Origin: Utricularia gibba
Taxonomy: Eukaryota; Plantae; Magnoliophyta
Assembly (NCBI GenBank): GCA_002189035.1
Contig: NEEC01000017.1
Coordinates: 1,550,001 to 1,614,000, forward strand
Reading direction: 5' to 3'
DNA: 64,000 nucleotides
Positions 11,817 to 25,809 of the stretch are shown in pieces; position 1 is the first letter of the stretch, and each line of letters begins with the position of its first letter. Below the pieces are notes generated by a model. It made no database searches. It was not told where the DNA came from and saw only the letters and a list, made by a program, of their open reading frames with translations. The position numbers were made by a program, and so were the translations under genes.

Positions 11817-14667
11817 CTAGCGATGGAATTTTTGCCTCCCAAAGCAACGTCTTAGCGAAAATCTGGAGGACTGGTATTCTTCTTCACTCGATCTCTGACG
11901 AGACAAGTGCTTGTAGAATGCCTCTACGGCTCCTGCGACTCCATCTTCTTCCCGTACCACTTTTGCTACTTCCTCCGCTTGCTGCTTCACCTGCACCGTT
12001 CAACCCAATCAGCACAAAGAGGGTGTTTCATGTTGCTTGAGCTGATGAAAAGTTGAGAACGTCAGCTTGCCTCCGGATCGAGCATGAAGCGTATGGCATC
12101 TACGAGCTTATCAAGGGAGAACTCATTGATGGGAATTGGTGCTGGGCCTACTCCTCTGGCGTACACACGCTCGCCCCAGAAGGGCTGATCTCCGAAAAAC
12201 GGTACAATGGTGGTCGGGCACTGGAGCATGGAAAGGTCGATGATGAACAGTGAGAAGACAAAAATATTGATGGAGATGGTTATACGAGAGAAGTGGTGAT
12301 TACTCCGGCCTTGAGACTGGCTGCTGTGGTCCCAGCTCCACCGTGATGAACCTGAAAGGATGGATCGGAACTCTGAAACCCAGAAAACAAGAAATCCTGA
12401 AGAACCATCAGCAAGCAAAGCAAAGTAGCATCATACCGCAGCTGCACATTGAGGGAAAAGCCAATCGTGGGGACAGTTATCCAGCAAGTATATGAAGTCC
12501 TTAGGCTCTGCCACTGAACAAATTTTAATGGGAAGCTATTGAAATATGGAATTTTGGATGAGTTTATGAAACAACATACATGCTCCCAGTCCACCCCAGC
12601 CTTGAGTAATGATGCCGCGGCATTCAGTTATCTCTAGAGCTTCAACGATGATTTTGGTCAATTTCTCAGGCTCTTCCACTGGCTGTAAAAAAGCAACAAA
12701 GTTGGCAAAAAAGACAGTGTTTTGATATGTACATGGCGTTTGGCCAATGAAAAAAATGGACTTACAAGACTTCCAAATCCGAAGTATATAGGCACTTTTC
12801 CAGAGTTTAGCCACTCAACAAGTGAAGCGGGCGGAACGTAACCCGAAGCAATATCCAGGAAACAGAATCCAACAACATCAATAAGCTTTCCCCAGTCTGA
12901 GGCCACAAAAGTTTAGCATGTATGACAAATATGTTACCATTCCAATGGTGGAAACATAGAAAAACCTACCCTTTGGTTTAGGAACAAGATGGGGACTCCA
13001 AATATATGTGTAAGGGACTTCAGGTGGAGAGCTGTAGAAACCACTTAAGTACTTAACAGGCTTTAGTCCAAGTTCTTTCTTCCTGAACTCGTTTATCATA
13101 TCACGTATCCCCAACCAGATAAATGAATCGACTATTTGATAAGATAACTGCAAAAGAAAAAGCCATGTCTGTTGTTCCTTATCTGGGTGCTTTAATGATT
13201 ACTGTATTATACTAACTTTATAGCCAACTTGCTGCCGCACGCGAGCAAGAGGATGTGGGAATTCACTTGTAGGCCTGCTTGAGAACAAACCAAATCATAA
13301 GCCATGTTCGGTAGAGCCAGCTGAGGAGAAAACAGAAGCTGAGGAAGAAAGCCTACGTCCAAGGCATAGTGAATATAATATGCAACGGCACGTTCAGTGC
13401 TTCAGCAACATCGGAATGCCCTGAAAATAGAATTCAAGATTCAGTCTTTCACGAAATGGGAACTTCCTGCAAAAATGGATGTATCAAGGAAGTTGTTATG
13501 CAAAGCACCCATTGTACCATATGCAGGTGGATTGGCAATTATTGCATCAACTTTGAATGGAACATTAGTATCTAGATCAGGGTCTTTGCACGCTGGAAGT
13601 AGAGAGGAAATAATGTCTTTGAGTTGCTTTCGTTGAACATGTATATCTGAAGTCCCAGAAGGTAGAAACCCTTTATTCTTCACCATGTCTGCAACAAAAT
13701 ATGAGATTAAATGATTCATTGAAGCTCTTAATTTTCATCAATGTAAGAGTTGGACTACAGAATCAAGAAGAAAATGGGAACTTACAGGCAGCTAGAACTT
13801 TTGGATCTCCACCCAGAGGGTAAAATTCCAAGCCAGCAGACAAGACAAATTCTTTGAAGTTTGAGTGAGTTGCAAGTCTGACTCTATGACCATCTGCCTG
13901 CCAGAAGACTAATTTTGATTTACATTGCTCTGGAAACTAGCTTATTCGATGAAGTGGAAACCACAGCGGTTGTTCACTAGTACATATAATGGGTTTCTTG
14001 CTAGTTGACTTGGAAAAACAAGTGCTTCTCTTGTTTTTAAACAATCGTTCAAATAAATGGCTACACACACCTGCTTACCTTCAAACGTTTTGCAATGGCA
14101 ACAAATGGCTGCACATCTCCCCTTGTTCCCACAATCAGTATCACGATCTGAAGTGGAGGCAACAACTGTTTCTCTTCTATTTCTGCAGTTTCTTCTTCAT
14201 TCTCTTTATGTACACTGGATGTTATTAGTCTGTTGCTAAAATCGAGAGATGGAAGTTTAAGATCTGGAGGAAGTTCAAATTTTACAGTTCCATCAAATTG
14301 AATCGTGGCAAAGCTCTTCAACCATTTTAGCTGTCACAATGCAAGTAAAAAACTCCTTACTCTTTATTCGAAAAAAAAAAACATCCCTTACTTTAAATAC
14401 TACTTTTCATAACTTAGAAGAACAGGCATTGAAAAATCAGATGCTGAAGCCAAACAGTGCACTAGCATATTTTTATAAAACCAATGATCTGCTTCATATA
14501 GGCGATTAGCTGTATGTAAACCCTCATAAGCTAACCTTCTTTCTGAACGAGATTTTTTCATCAAAGAGCTTTTTATCCCAATTAAAATGAAAGCGCTCTG
14601 ACTTGTTTCCCTCAGTCATGCTATGACTGGAGGGTGAGATTGCAATGCCTTCAGTCGGGTTGCTCAT
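11817..14667 (-). CDS. UGT80A: Sterol 3-beta-glucosyltransferase (UGT80A-like), multi-exon
   Basis: LQIVILIVGTRGDVQPF, GHRVRLATHSNFKEFV, DAIIANPPAYG, PIYFGFGSL, VHHGGAGTTAA, PFFGDQPFWG; stop TAG at 11817. Start ATG 14667 is tentative because leader exons lie upstream. Confidence 0.9.
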
Positions 14668-15693
14668 GGAATACCTTTCTTTACGTTGAATCCTGTGAAC
14701 ACAGACACAAATGGGACATTCAACCATGGATCCCATGAACACAAGATATTAAAGTAATCTGAGGCAGAAAACACCATTTGTACTTATTGCACCAAATACA
14801 TTTGCTATGGAAAATGTTCAACAACGTACAAATAAAGGACTTTTCGAATGAAAAGGCCAGTCAAAAGTACATATGCAAGCCAACATTTTTGTGTTGAATT
14901 CTATTCTGATTTTCCATAAGATAACACCATGGCAATATCAAACACCAAGATGTTTGAATTCGTGAACAACATCAGCATTACACAAACATCGCATCCCAGT
15001 TGACTATCGAATCCCCTGCAAATCCTCTCCATATTTTTTCCATCTCTAGGCCAATTTGACAACCACATCATATGCACACAACATACAAAACAACGGCGGA
15101 AAATAAAAAAATGATGCCACACCAAAGAAATTACCTGAAGAACAAGATATCGATCCTTAGCGAAACCACACTAAGGCTCTCTCATTTTCCTACAAGAAAG
15201 TCAACATACCCTTTCATGACATCAGTACGCTTTGTTAAAAGATGAAACCTTTCTGCAGGTGTTCTTTGCAGAAACTTTAATTCCCTGCTTTCCCATTTCA
15301 ACACTCATAAAAGCAACGTGAAGGACAAGGAGATGGGTGGGTATAAGTTGACTTCTAGACTGAAAAAAGATGCCTTCCACATCTTTTTTCTCGACGTAGA
15401 TTAGCAGACTACATACTTGCTCCCAGTAGACAATAGAAAAAGAAAATAAGTCTTTCAACAGCGTAGTATTTTGAAAGTTCGTGGCACGGATGCCACCTTG
15501 ACGACATTCTTTCTGCGACAGCCCTTATATATCTTCACTTCAAGCCGCATGAAGAATTCAAAGCAATTCAAAAAAGCATTTTATTTTTAATTCGTATATC
15601 CTAAACACTAGGCAGTCGCAGCGTTACCTGTAGAGCTACTGACCACAACAACAATTTCAACTCAACGGAAAACAAAACAAAAGCGAAGATGGC

Positions 15694-17287
15694 TCAATAC
15701 ACATGGGCCTCGAGTCTGGGCTTAGGGTGCACCACCAACGGCTCCGCCCGCTGCAATGTCAGCCCATATGCTTCTTCCATATTCAACGCCTTCGCAGATT
15801 TACCACCCACGATGTCAAAATCGAACCCTTGGACCAACGTCGCTGTCAAAAGCTGCACCATTCGAATCCCTAGACTCATCCCGGCGCATATCCGCCGCCC
15901 AGCGCCGAACGGAATGATCTCAAAATCGTTGCCTCGTACATCAACTTCCGTCTTGTCGCCACCGGGAAGGAACCGTTCTGGACGGAACTCGAGCGGATCA
16001 CGCCACTGCTCCGCATCTCGAGAAATCGCCCAGACGTTCACGAGCAGCGTTGTTCCTTTTGGGATGAAGTAGCCGTTGATCTCGCAGTCCTTGTCCGCGA
16101 TTCTCGGCAGCGAGAGAGGTGTCGATGGATGGAGGCGGAAATTCTCCTTCACGATCGCTTGAAGATACGGCAGCTGCGGGAGATCTGATTCTTCGACGAG
16201 GCGATTCTTCCCGACGACGGAATCGATCTCTTTCTGCGCCTTGGATAAGATCTCCGGGTGGCGGAGGAGCTCGGCAACTGCCCATTCGACGGTGCTCGAG
16301 GTTGTGTCGGTACCGGCAGCGAAGAGATTCTGGGAAAATTATTATTAGTTGAAGTTGAATACTTTTTTTAACTGAAATAAATAATAAAGGTACCAGTAGT
16401 AACGCTTTGATTTCCGTGTCAGTAAGCTTTCCTCCCTCGGAATCATCGACATCCTTGAGGGAGATCAACGTCGAGAGAAGGTCCACGTGGCCTGTTGACG
16501 CATTAGAACCGTTGATCTTGTGATCCTCGAGAATCTTGCTCAGAAATGCATCGAAACGTCGATGAATGTTCTTCATCTTCGCTGCGACGCCCTGCAAATC
16601 TAGAGGCTCTAAGGGCGGGATGAAATCTCCGAGATTGAATATTCCGGCGGCTACCATCAGCTCCACCACCAGATTCTTGAACTCCTCAGCCTTCTTATCG
16701 CCGCCGCCGCTCTCGTGGCTCACCACGCGCCGCCCTAGCATCACGCGTGCGATCGCGTTAGTGGCGCAAACGTTCAGCATCTGGCCCAGCCTCACCGGCA
16801 CATTTCCAGCAGTAGCCAGATTCCTCGCCAGAACCCCAACCTCCTCCTGCCGGACATGGCGGAAGTCGTCGAGCGCCTTCGCGGAGAAAAGGTGGAGAGC
16901 ACAGATCTTCCGGAGGAGGCGCCACCGTGGGCCGTAAGGAGCGAAGACCAAGTCCTGGTAATTATAAGCAACGTATTTAGCTCCGGCGTTGGGCGGCCGG
17001 CTGGAGAAATTAGCATCATACGTCTTCAGAAACTGCTCCGCCACACTGCCGGAGGCAGCGACAACGACGTGTTGGAATCCCATCTTCAAGTGCATCAGCG
17101 GCCCATAAGTCTTAGCCAACTCCGCCATAGTCTGGTGGGGCTTCATCCCCAACTGCAGAATGTTCCCCAGTATCGGCCATGGCGTCGGCCCCGGGGGCAT
17201 CCGCTTTCCCCCGTGGCTGCGCCGGTTGAGGAAGGCGAATACTAGAAATATGAGCCCGACGACAACCGCAAAAGCATACATTGCCAT
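15694..17287 (-). CDS. CYP75B: Flavonoid 3'-hydroxylase CYP75B, copy 1 (canonical), 2 exons (17287-16394, 16329-15694), 509 aa
   Basis: PPGP, VVVAAS, AGTDT, ENFR/PERF, heme motif FGAGRRICAG, SRS6 AYGLTLQR; 64-nt intron. Confidence 0.95.
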
Positions 17288-17585
17288 TTGATCCACCGTG
17301 AAGTTGGAAGAGACTAGCCCATGAATTTATCACAGTGGGGGAGCCGCTGTGAGACTGAACAGCAGCTACCGTCTGTGGAATGGTAGCTGAGACCGCCTGG
17401 CGGCATCCCTTTTTCCCACATTATTGTACAATTTTTTATCGTAAACTTGGGGTATTTCAAGAAATAACAAAGTTGACAATAAGTAGTTACCGAGAATAGT
17501 AGGATTGTGCTCGGGAATTGGAATGTGGGAAATTGAGGGGTTAAAATTTCTGGATTCCCGATAAGGAAGCTGGGAGTTGAGTAAG

Positions 17586-17601
17586 CACGTGGAAGTTAGA
17601 T
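17586..17601. promoter_or_regulatory. G-box plus MYB-core-like element about 300 bp upstream of F3'H copy 1
   Basis: CACGTG 17586-17591 and AGTTAGAT 17594-17601. MYB/bHLH site pairs are typical of flavonoid gene promoters. Confidence 0.4.
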
Positions 17602-18057
17602 GGCGAGGAGCGTGCTGGATCCACAAGGTTGGATGTGTGGCGTATAGCTCCTAGCCGTACGACTTGCAAAAAGGTATGTATTATTTGGTGATGATTTGCT
17701 TGCATCACCTAATTAGATCGCGCTTGTTCCACGACATCAGCGGACGGACAAGGCGCCTCGTCGTCCTTGTGCTTGAATTAAGGCGTGGGTTTGGCTTCCA
17801 AAACGCAAACCAGATTCTACAGTAGATAGGTGGTCTAGTCCACTCGACAAATAAAGCATCTGGGATTTTGGATTATCGTTTTAAGAATTGCGCAGCCAGT
17901 TGAAATGGGAAAACAGTGGGGGGGATGTTACGGGTCACAAGATTACGGATCACAAGATGGAGGTGCACAGTGCAGGGCGGACAACCAGAGTGAGATCATT
18001 CTTGTGGTGCAAGTGCAGGGCGGCTCCAGAGTCGTGGCAACTAACCGCCACTCGCCT

Positions 18058-20029
18058 TCATGGCTCAATTACAAACATGGGCTGCGGAACACAGAGAGAG
18101 GCACTGGCCATCACACGCTCCTTGTCTTCAAAAAAACAATTGTCTTGATATGTAGTAGTAAATAGAACGTACCGTATCCACACTGACGGGCTTCCCATCT
18201 TCCACGAGTATTTCGACAATGGTGCCGGACTGATCAGCCTGCAAACACGGAATAAACACCCCCAGAAGTTAATTGGTCATCAGAATCGGGCATTGCATGC
18301 AATATGGAGGGAGCTAAATTGATTTTCAGTCTCGGGGAATCACCGGAAAAGAACAGCCTTAACCTGGTATATTAAAGATTTGCAGCTGAGAGGAACCTAC
18401 CTACCCAAGTTGATAGTTTAAAGTTTCTCAGCCTAACAATAAGGTTCAGCAATACTCTAGTAGCACTGGTGATCCTAAACGTGAGTGGGAGGACGGTGGA
18501 TCCTGATATAGGTGTGTACGGTTTATAAGTTCAGATATTCCGGTGGTGTGAAGTTCTCGTATAGAAGATCTTCAGCAGAAACTAGCCACTAAAAAATGCC
18601 TTTGAACTTCTACTATGCTCAAGACAGCAGTAATTGCCTAGAAACACACCATGTAGAAACAAAAGGTGAAAAGAATACCCACTGTGAGATTGCAAGCATA
18701 CCTCGATTTCATTCATCAGTTTCATAGCCTCAACGATGCATAGTACTTGTCCCTTTTGAACCTTATCTCCAACCTAAAAAAGAAAAAAGATGCGAAAAGT
18801 GTATGGCAGTAAATCGGCAATTTTCTCAAAGAGGCATGAAGTTCTTTTGAAACAAACCAAGCTATCAACGCAGCTCAGTCTTAGTGCTGCATTGTAAAAG
18901 TAAAGAATCAATAAATCTTTTACCTTGACAAAGGGAGGGGTATTAGGTGCAGATGATCTATAAAAGTTTCCTGCCATTGGAGATTTGAATGGGGGATATG
19001 AGGATTTGGGTTTTATAGGTGCCGCCTGTTTTGGTGCAGGCTGCACCAGCGGAGCTGCGGCAGGAGCTGCAATTGCAGTAGTTATCTGAGGAGTTGGCAT
19101 AGCGTGATGAACCGAAGGGGGAGCAAACAGAACAGGGTTTGCAACTGAAGGCTGAGGCAATGCTTCTTTTTTCCTGATAACAACTTCAAAATCTAGTTGT
19201 TTCAATTCCAGTTCCACAATATCTTTTGCATCCACAAGCCTGCCATGCAACAAATCGTTTCGTCAACACAAAGTACGGAATGATCAGTCGTCGGACACTA
19301 AGCATGAATTTACTTGACAAGATTTGTCACTTGAGCCATAAAAGCTGAAAGAGAATTTTCTGAAACTGGGAGTTGTTGGTTTTCCGAAATCAGGGGAAAA
19401 GGTGCTTCGAGGGTGGCAGCGGCATTCGGCGCTTTGTCACCAGTGGCCTCATAAGAACAAAGTTACAGAAAAGCCTCAAGTCAAAAAAATCAAAATCAAT
19501 GATTGACATATCAGCATTGCATCAAACCCACATACATCTGGTTGAGCATGAACCCTGAAAACATCAGTTTGAACCCGGTTACACCCCTGCCCAAAAAGAA
19601 AAATTATTAGCACAAATCCTCAGATACACATGAAATATCTAAGACCTTTTCAGTCAGTTGGGACCTTTTCCTCAAAAGTTTCTTTCGTTGTTTTGAAAAC
19701 GATTTGAATGAATTAGCCTAGCTACCAGATTTCCGTTAGCTGCAGAAAGATGTGTTCAGACGAAAGAATAAAGATGCAAGGAGATATGGACATCATATTT
19801 CATCCACAGATCCAATAAGCAAAAATGGTGAGCTCTCTCCCGCAAAAAAACAATGCAATAAGCTCACACAACGAACATGTGAGTGTGGAGCCGCTGTCAG
19901 CGCCAATGCAGGCTTCGCCTTGGCTTCAGAAACTGAAAATGAAGAGAGAAAAAGAGGCTTCTGAATCGAGCGCGTCCCCACAGACAAGGGGGCCGAAATC
20001 TTGGGAAAGGAATTCCCGAAAGAAGCCAT
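18058..20029 (-). CDS. BCCP: Plastid biotin carboxyl carrier protein of acetyl-CoA carboxylase
   Basis: Transit-peptide-like N-terminus, Pro/Ala linker, KSPMAGNFYRS, biotinylation exon VGDKVQKGQVLCIVEAMKLMNEIE, last exon PMFVIEP* at 18081-18058. Confidence 0.92.
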
Positions 20030-20336
20030 TTGTGAACGTATCACAGCCTACAAAAACAGATCAAATGCGGGAAACTTGAGAAGCGGCCTGCAATTGCAAC
20101 TGAACTCGGAGGAAGAAAGATCCCGGAGGGTAGAGGCGATGAAACTGATGCAAAAGCGGGTAAGAGAAAGACGGCGGGCGAAAACTACGAGGATCTCAAG
20201 CGACGTCGTTTTAAGCTATCGCAGTTAACGGTCAGTTGATTTATCCGGCCCACGAAGTAGCAGAAGCCCCACCCATTTGCAAAAGATGGCCTGCAATTTT
20301 CTTCCGGGTGTGGGCTCTGTTTGTAATCATCAGGCA

Positions 20337-20463
20337 TTTCCCGCGCTAGAAGTTCGACAGATTCCCGCCTCAAGTTTCAAGCAGGAGAATTTTCCCGGCG
20401 TTTCAATCTGTATAAATCAGTTGAGTTCAGCGATCCCTTCTCCTTCGCTTTTTAAATTGCCGC
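20337..20463 (+). promoter_or_regulatory. Four E2F-consensus (WTTSSCSS) sites upstream of RPA1B
   Basis: TTTCCCGC 20337, ATTCCCGC 20361, TTTCCCGG 20391, ATTGCCGC 20456; DNA-replication genes are classic E2F targets. Confidence 0.6.
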
Positions 20464-20541
20464 CGTTTTTATTGAAGTTTAGAGTGACTGGGCTGCTTCT
20501 TCTCTGGTGATTTGAAGTTGATAATCAATTGGGGTGGAGCA

Positions 20542-23411
20542 ATGGCAGAAGATAGTAACGGAAGAACGTTAACTCCAGATGCTATATCTCTCATTCTTGC
20601 AAACCCTTGTCCAGATTCGTCCTCAGATTTACCGGATATTATCGTTCAAGTCGTGGATCTGAAGCCGACGGGATCCAAGTACATGTGCGTGATTCTTACT
20701 TTCACTATATTGTTGCTTCAATGTTCTGTATTTTGTTGTGGTGATTTTATACAGTTTCTGCAAACCCATTTGCTTGGATGATCAATTCAGATCTAAGAAC
20801 TATCTGATTTCCTGTTTTTATTTTGTATTTTGTATTTTTAGGTTTTCTGCAAATGACGGAAAAATTAAAATGAAGGCTTTGCTTCAGTCTTCTTTGTCAT
20901 CTGAAGTGATGTCTGGGAAAATCCAAAATCTGGGTCTTGTCCGAGTTCTTGGCTATACTCTGAATGACATCCCTTCAAAGAATGAGAAGTAAGCCATCCC
21001 CATCACCTGTTTGAGTTTGGTAGCGACTCTAATTTTTTTTTTCTTCAGATATTTGATAGTGTCAAAGTGTGAACCTGTATCTCCTGCTCTTGCTGAGGAG
21101 TATGCTGCGGTGAAGACTGAGAAACAGGAACCAGCCATGAATAAAAATGAAGCTGGTAACATAATTCTGAAGCCAAAGCAAGAATTTGTGTCTAAATCAG
21201 CCGCTCAAATTTTCCATGAACAACATGGAAAGTAAGTTTTATGTACTTTTGCTTTTCATTTTTGTTTGTGATGTTTATATTCTGGTGCATTCTGTGAAGC
21301 TGATGTGTTTTGTACCAAATTGTCATTTCAGTATGGCACCAGCACGAATGGCAATGACTAGGCGAGTCCAACCACTTGTTTCTTTAAATCCTTATCAAGG
21401 GAACTGGACTATTAAGGTTAGGGTGACTGGGAAAGGAAATATGAGATCTTACAAGAATGCTAGGGTGAAGGCTGTGTTTTCAATGTTGAGCTGACCGATG
21501 AAGACGTAAGTAAAAATACAGTTTAGTGATATTCCTCAGCTTCTCACTTAGAAAAAAAACTTAATCCTTTAATTTCTTGCATCGTTTCAGGGAACTCAGA
21601 TACAGGCTACCATGTTCAATGAGGCTGCAAGAAAATTTTTTGACAGCTTCCAGCTGGGGAAAGTCTATTACATATCAAGGGGGACTCTGAAAGTGGCAAA
21701 CAAGCAATTCAGAACAGTGAAGAATGACTATGAAATGACCTTGAATGAAAATTCTGTTGTGGAAGAAGCACCCAGCGAGGCAGCCTTCATTCCTGAAACG
21801 AAGTTCAATTTTGTTCCTATTGATGAACTTGGTCCTTATGTCAATGGAAGAGAGCTCGTAGGTAAGAAACCCTCGTAAAATTTACTGCACTAGATTCCTC
21901 ACTCTTCATTGGATCAACAGCTGTAGATGCTGTGCAGATGTTATTGGTGTTGTTCAGAGTGTATCTCCTACAATGAGTATCAGAAGAAAAAGCAACAATG
22001 AGATGATACCCAAGCGTGAGATTACCATAGCTGACTCAACGTAAGTTAAGTTTCCTCAGCTGTATATAATCGTCTCAAAATTGTTTTTCATTACTTACAA
22101 GACGATTTACAGGAAGAAAAGTGTGGTGGTAACTCTATGGGGTGATCTTGCTACAAACACTGGACAAGAGCTACTTGATATAGCTAATGAATCCCCGTGG
22201 TGGCAATCAAATCACTTAGAGTGGGAGATTTTCAAGGTGATATAAGTTGGGCTTTCAGAGACGATTTTGCCAATACTAAACTGGCGCTACTTTTATTGGT
22301 GATTCAGGCGTATCTTTGTCTGCATTAAGTAAAAGTGTTGTAGCTGTCAACCCAGATACCCCTGAGGCGCAAAATTTGAGGACCTGGTTAGAATACTTAT
22401 TTTGCTCAGCTAACATATCATCTCTTCAAATATAACTTTCAATATATATATGACTTGGATATATTTACACAGGTACGACTCTGAAGGCAGGGACACTTCC
22501 CTGGCTCCCGTGGGTTCTGGTCATGTACCCAGTACCAAATCCGGAGGTCAATCTATGTATTCTGATCGAGTGGCATTGGGTTATATCCTTGGCAACCCAT
22601 CCCTTGGAGAGGGCAAGGTATTATGCAATATATGAATTCCTACTGTTCCTGTTTCAGTAAAATAAGGCTATTGTAGGTCAAAGACCGATTTTTTTAGTTC
22701 TGTCCATTACATCTTATGTCAAAATGGCTTTTAGTAGCTTTCTTAATCCATTTACAACTCACCTTTGTGGCAGGCTGAGTTTTTCTCCCTAAAAGCATGC
22801 ATCAACTACATCAAGCCTGATCAGACGATGTGGTATAGAGCTTGTAAGACGTGTAATAAGAAGGTGGTTTCTCAAGGGATGGATGGGTATTGGTGTGAAG
22901 GATGCCAGAAGAATGAAGAGGAATGCAGTTTGCGGTATGACATTGTCCAACAAAACGTTGTTAACACCGAAAGTTCTTGCGGAACATCTACTAATTCGGT
23001 TTTCATGTAATTTCTCAGATATATAATGGTGGTTAAGGTTACAGATTCAACTGGTGAAGCATTTCTATCCCTATTCAACGATGAAGCTGAGAAAATCATG
23101 GGATGTTCAGCTGACGAGCTAAATGAACTGAAATCTCAGGTTCATATTCTGAATTCTGTTTATTTTTCCTTCTGTAGTATTGGTGATTTTTCTTAACAGG
23201 CTTATAATCTATTCGCCAGGAAGATGGTTTCCAGATGAAAATGAAGGAAGCCATGTGGGTTCCCCACATTTTCCGAGTCAGTGTTGGTATACACGAATAC
23301 AACAATGAAAAGAGGCAACGGATCACAGTCAAGGCAGTTGCTTCAGTAGATTATGCTGCTGAATCCAAGTTCATGCTCGAAGATTTACTCAAAAATGTTA
23401 AACTAGATTAA
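20542..23411 (+). CDS. RPA1B: Replication protein A 70 kDa subunit B, multi-exon, with two apparent -1 frameshifts (21463-21465, 22193-22196)
   Basis: RRVQPLVSLNPYQGNWTIKVRVT, MFNEAARKF, zinc finger YRACKTCNKK...WCEGC, C-terminal VDYAAESK. Confidence 0.92.
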
Positions 23412-23597
23412 CCTTAACCCGTTTCTCTCCCTAGAAACAGGAATTATGTTAAGCTCCAGGCTAACTCTTGACATATAAGTTTTTTCTGGAGTTGTGAAGA
23501 AGGTATTATTTTGCAACTTGCGGTTTCCTCTAAGAAGAAACCAACCAAAAAATGCACTCAAATGTCCTGTGTATCTCAACCATGTCACACAGGTTGT

Positions 23598-25318
23598 TTA
23601 CGTACCTCGTCTTCTTGATGGGAAGCTGTTGCTCCATTCCAGGTACCTATGCAGGCTCCCGGTGAAGTCCGTGAAGAGTCCATCAACCTTCATCTCCTTG
23701 ATCCAGAAATCATATTCCAGGTATGGATCTTGACTGAAGTTGAAGTGCAAGAACTTATTCTCATTCCGGTACGTGTAAGGGTGCACCTGCAACCACTTGC
23801 TGTTTAACACGAATGCAGTAGCAGTAAGAAAGATGCATATGAACTGAACAAAACCTGGATACTACGAGCATGAGCTCTGGTTATGAGATCTGTGGGCTTC
23901 TGCAGATAGTTGTCTACTACAGGAGCAAGTGTATCCTTCCAGGGTCCGATCCCAACAACATAATCCTTGATGTAGTCCAGATATCCATCTGATGTGATCT
24001 CATAGAACGACTGATTCCTTGGTAATGGATTCACATCTCCTTGTTAGCATCCAGCATAACATAAGCAGAACCTAGAATTCATGCACCCACAGACAGAAAC
24101 AGCACCTGGTTTGTGTCTTGAGTTGAAATGATAATGTCGTCAATGAGGAAGATTTTGGGGAGATCAGTCAGCGTGGAAACATAAACCAGAGACGAGGGAG
24201 CAAAGGATTGGACGAAACAAGGCTGTTTCAGCCACTGCTTTGTCAAGTAAGCACCTTTGTATCCATACTTGGTGAGTGTCTCCACGAACTTATCCTCCAT
24301 TTTCTTCCCACCCGGCCATTTCACCTGCAACTTCCACCAGTCACCCGCACTGCCGCATTGTTACAGAAGGAATGAGAGACTCACATGCTGATTGATGAAC
24401 ACTGGATTCTTGATCTCTGGATAAATGCCCACAACTCGAGGAGCATCGAGAGCAATCAAGATGTACTCATCGAAGGTGATTAGAGGATACTTTCCTGCAG
24501 CAAAAACAGATCATCAGCTCCAACAGGGAGCAAGAAAGAGCATGGCCAAGCTCTGGTTTTCATCAATAAAAAAAAGTACCATTATATTGCTGATCCCGGA
24601 AAGAGTACCTCTGCTTCAGTCGCAGTGTTTTCAGTTCATCCAATGTGAAGTCAACTGCGATCAAATGCCAAACATACAGATCACAGAACATCCCTTGAGA
24701 GTCGGGAAGCAACAGAAGGTGGCAACCCACCTGTGAAAAAGCCGGTGATGTTTTCTCTTTCGACTTCATAAGTTCTTTTTCTGTCAGCAAACTCCTTGTG
24801 ATCGGCAATGTCCGTCATTGCATCAAGAGTGACATCATGGAAACATATAAGGAAGCCGTCTTTGGAGGCCAAAATATCAGACTCTATGAAATCAGCACCT
24901 TCTTCAATAGCTCTCTGCAATTCCACCCAAACACAAATGACGCTATCCACTCAAAAAGAAGAACTAAATTCGGCGTAAACAGGGATAATCACCCTGTAAG
25001 CAGGAGCTGACTCTTCAGGCATCTCCCCATTTGCACCACGGTGAGCAATGTTGTAAGGGCGAAGCGTTTGAAGCTGTTGTTTTTTACTATCGCTGGGCAG
25101 AGTGTAAGGAGCCCACAACACAACAAACAGCAGCAATAGCAGCGTCGCGAGGCCTACAGGAATTGATTTTTTCAGCTCAATCCACAATCATACCAAATTT
25201 CCAAGCCGAGCTAACTTCCCCGTAAACCCAGATCAAACAAGCATATGCAAGATCAAAAGATACCGAATTTACGCAGTTTGTTCGACACCATAGATGTGCA
25301 CTCACGGTGGAAACCCAT
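23598..25318 (-). CDS. GDPD: Secreted glycerophosphodiester phosphodiesterase (GDPD5/6-like)
   Basis: 13-nt first exon ATGGGTTTCCACC, signal peptide, RPYNIAHRGANGE, EEGADFIESD, GIYPEIKNP, VHPYTYRNE, VDGLFTDF. Confidence 0.9.
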
Positions 25319-25809
25319 TATCGCAGAGCGAAGGCAGCAGCTCAAGAGCTTTTGTGATGCACCCCAACAGAGAAGCAAACCAAAATTTTTCGAAGTCCCT
25401 GAATCTTCAAACAAAGCGGAGGGGTTAATTTAAAAACCTGTACTTCGCAACAACAAAAGCCACCACATAGAGAGGAACATTCCCCAAAAGCCAACTGGGA
25501 ATATCCCCTTGCAAAATTCAGAAAGCATCCCAACATGTAGTAAATAATAACTAAGCTTCAGAACCAAATCAACCTCGGATCGGTTCAGTTCAAAAACCCG
25601 ATTTTAATGGATCAAATCCAATTTTAACGGAACAAACACGTGTTTTTTATTGTAATAAATCATTATTATTAAAAAATATATTAAATTTCAGTAAATTATC
25701 AATCAAAATTGATAATTTTTTAAAAATATAGTACTAGATTTTTGTAGTTATTTAACGAAAATTTTTTGAGTTCTTTTATGCGTATTTCAAAATTATTCTC
25801 TATATAATA

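Noticed and set aside
17888-18165. Plus-strand ORFs and a 15-bp tandem duplication (17928-17957)
   Set aside because: These are antisense to the BCCP last exon and 3' UTR, show no domain, and begin partly at non-ATG codons. The repeat is a trivial UTR duplication.
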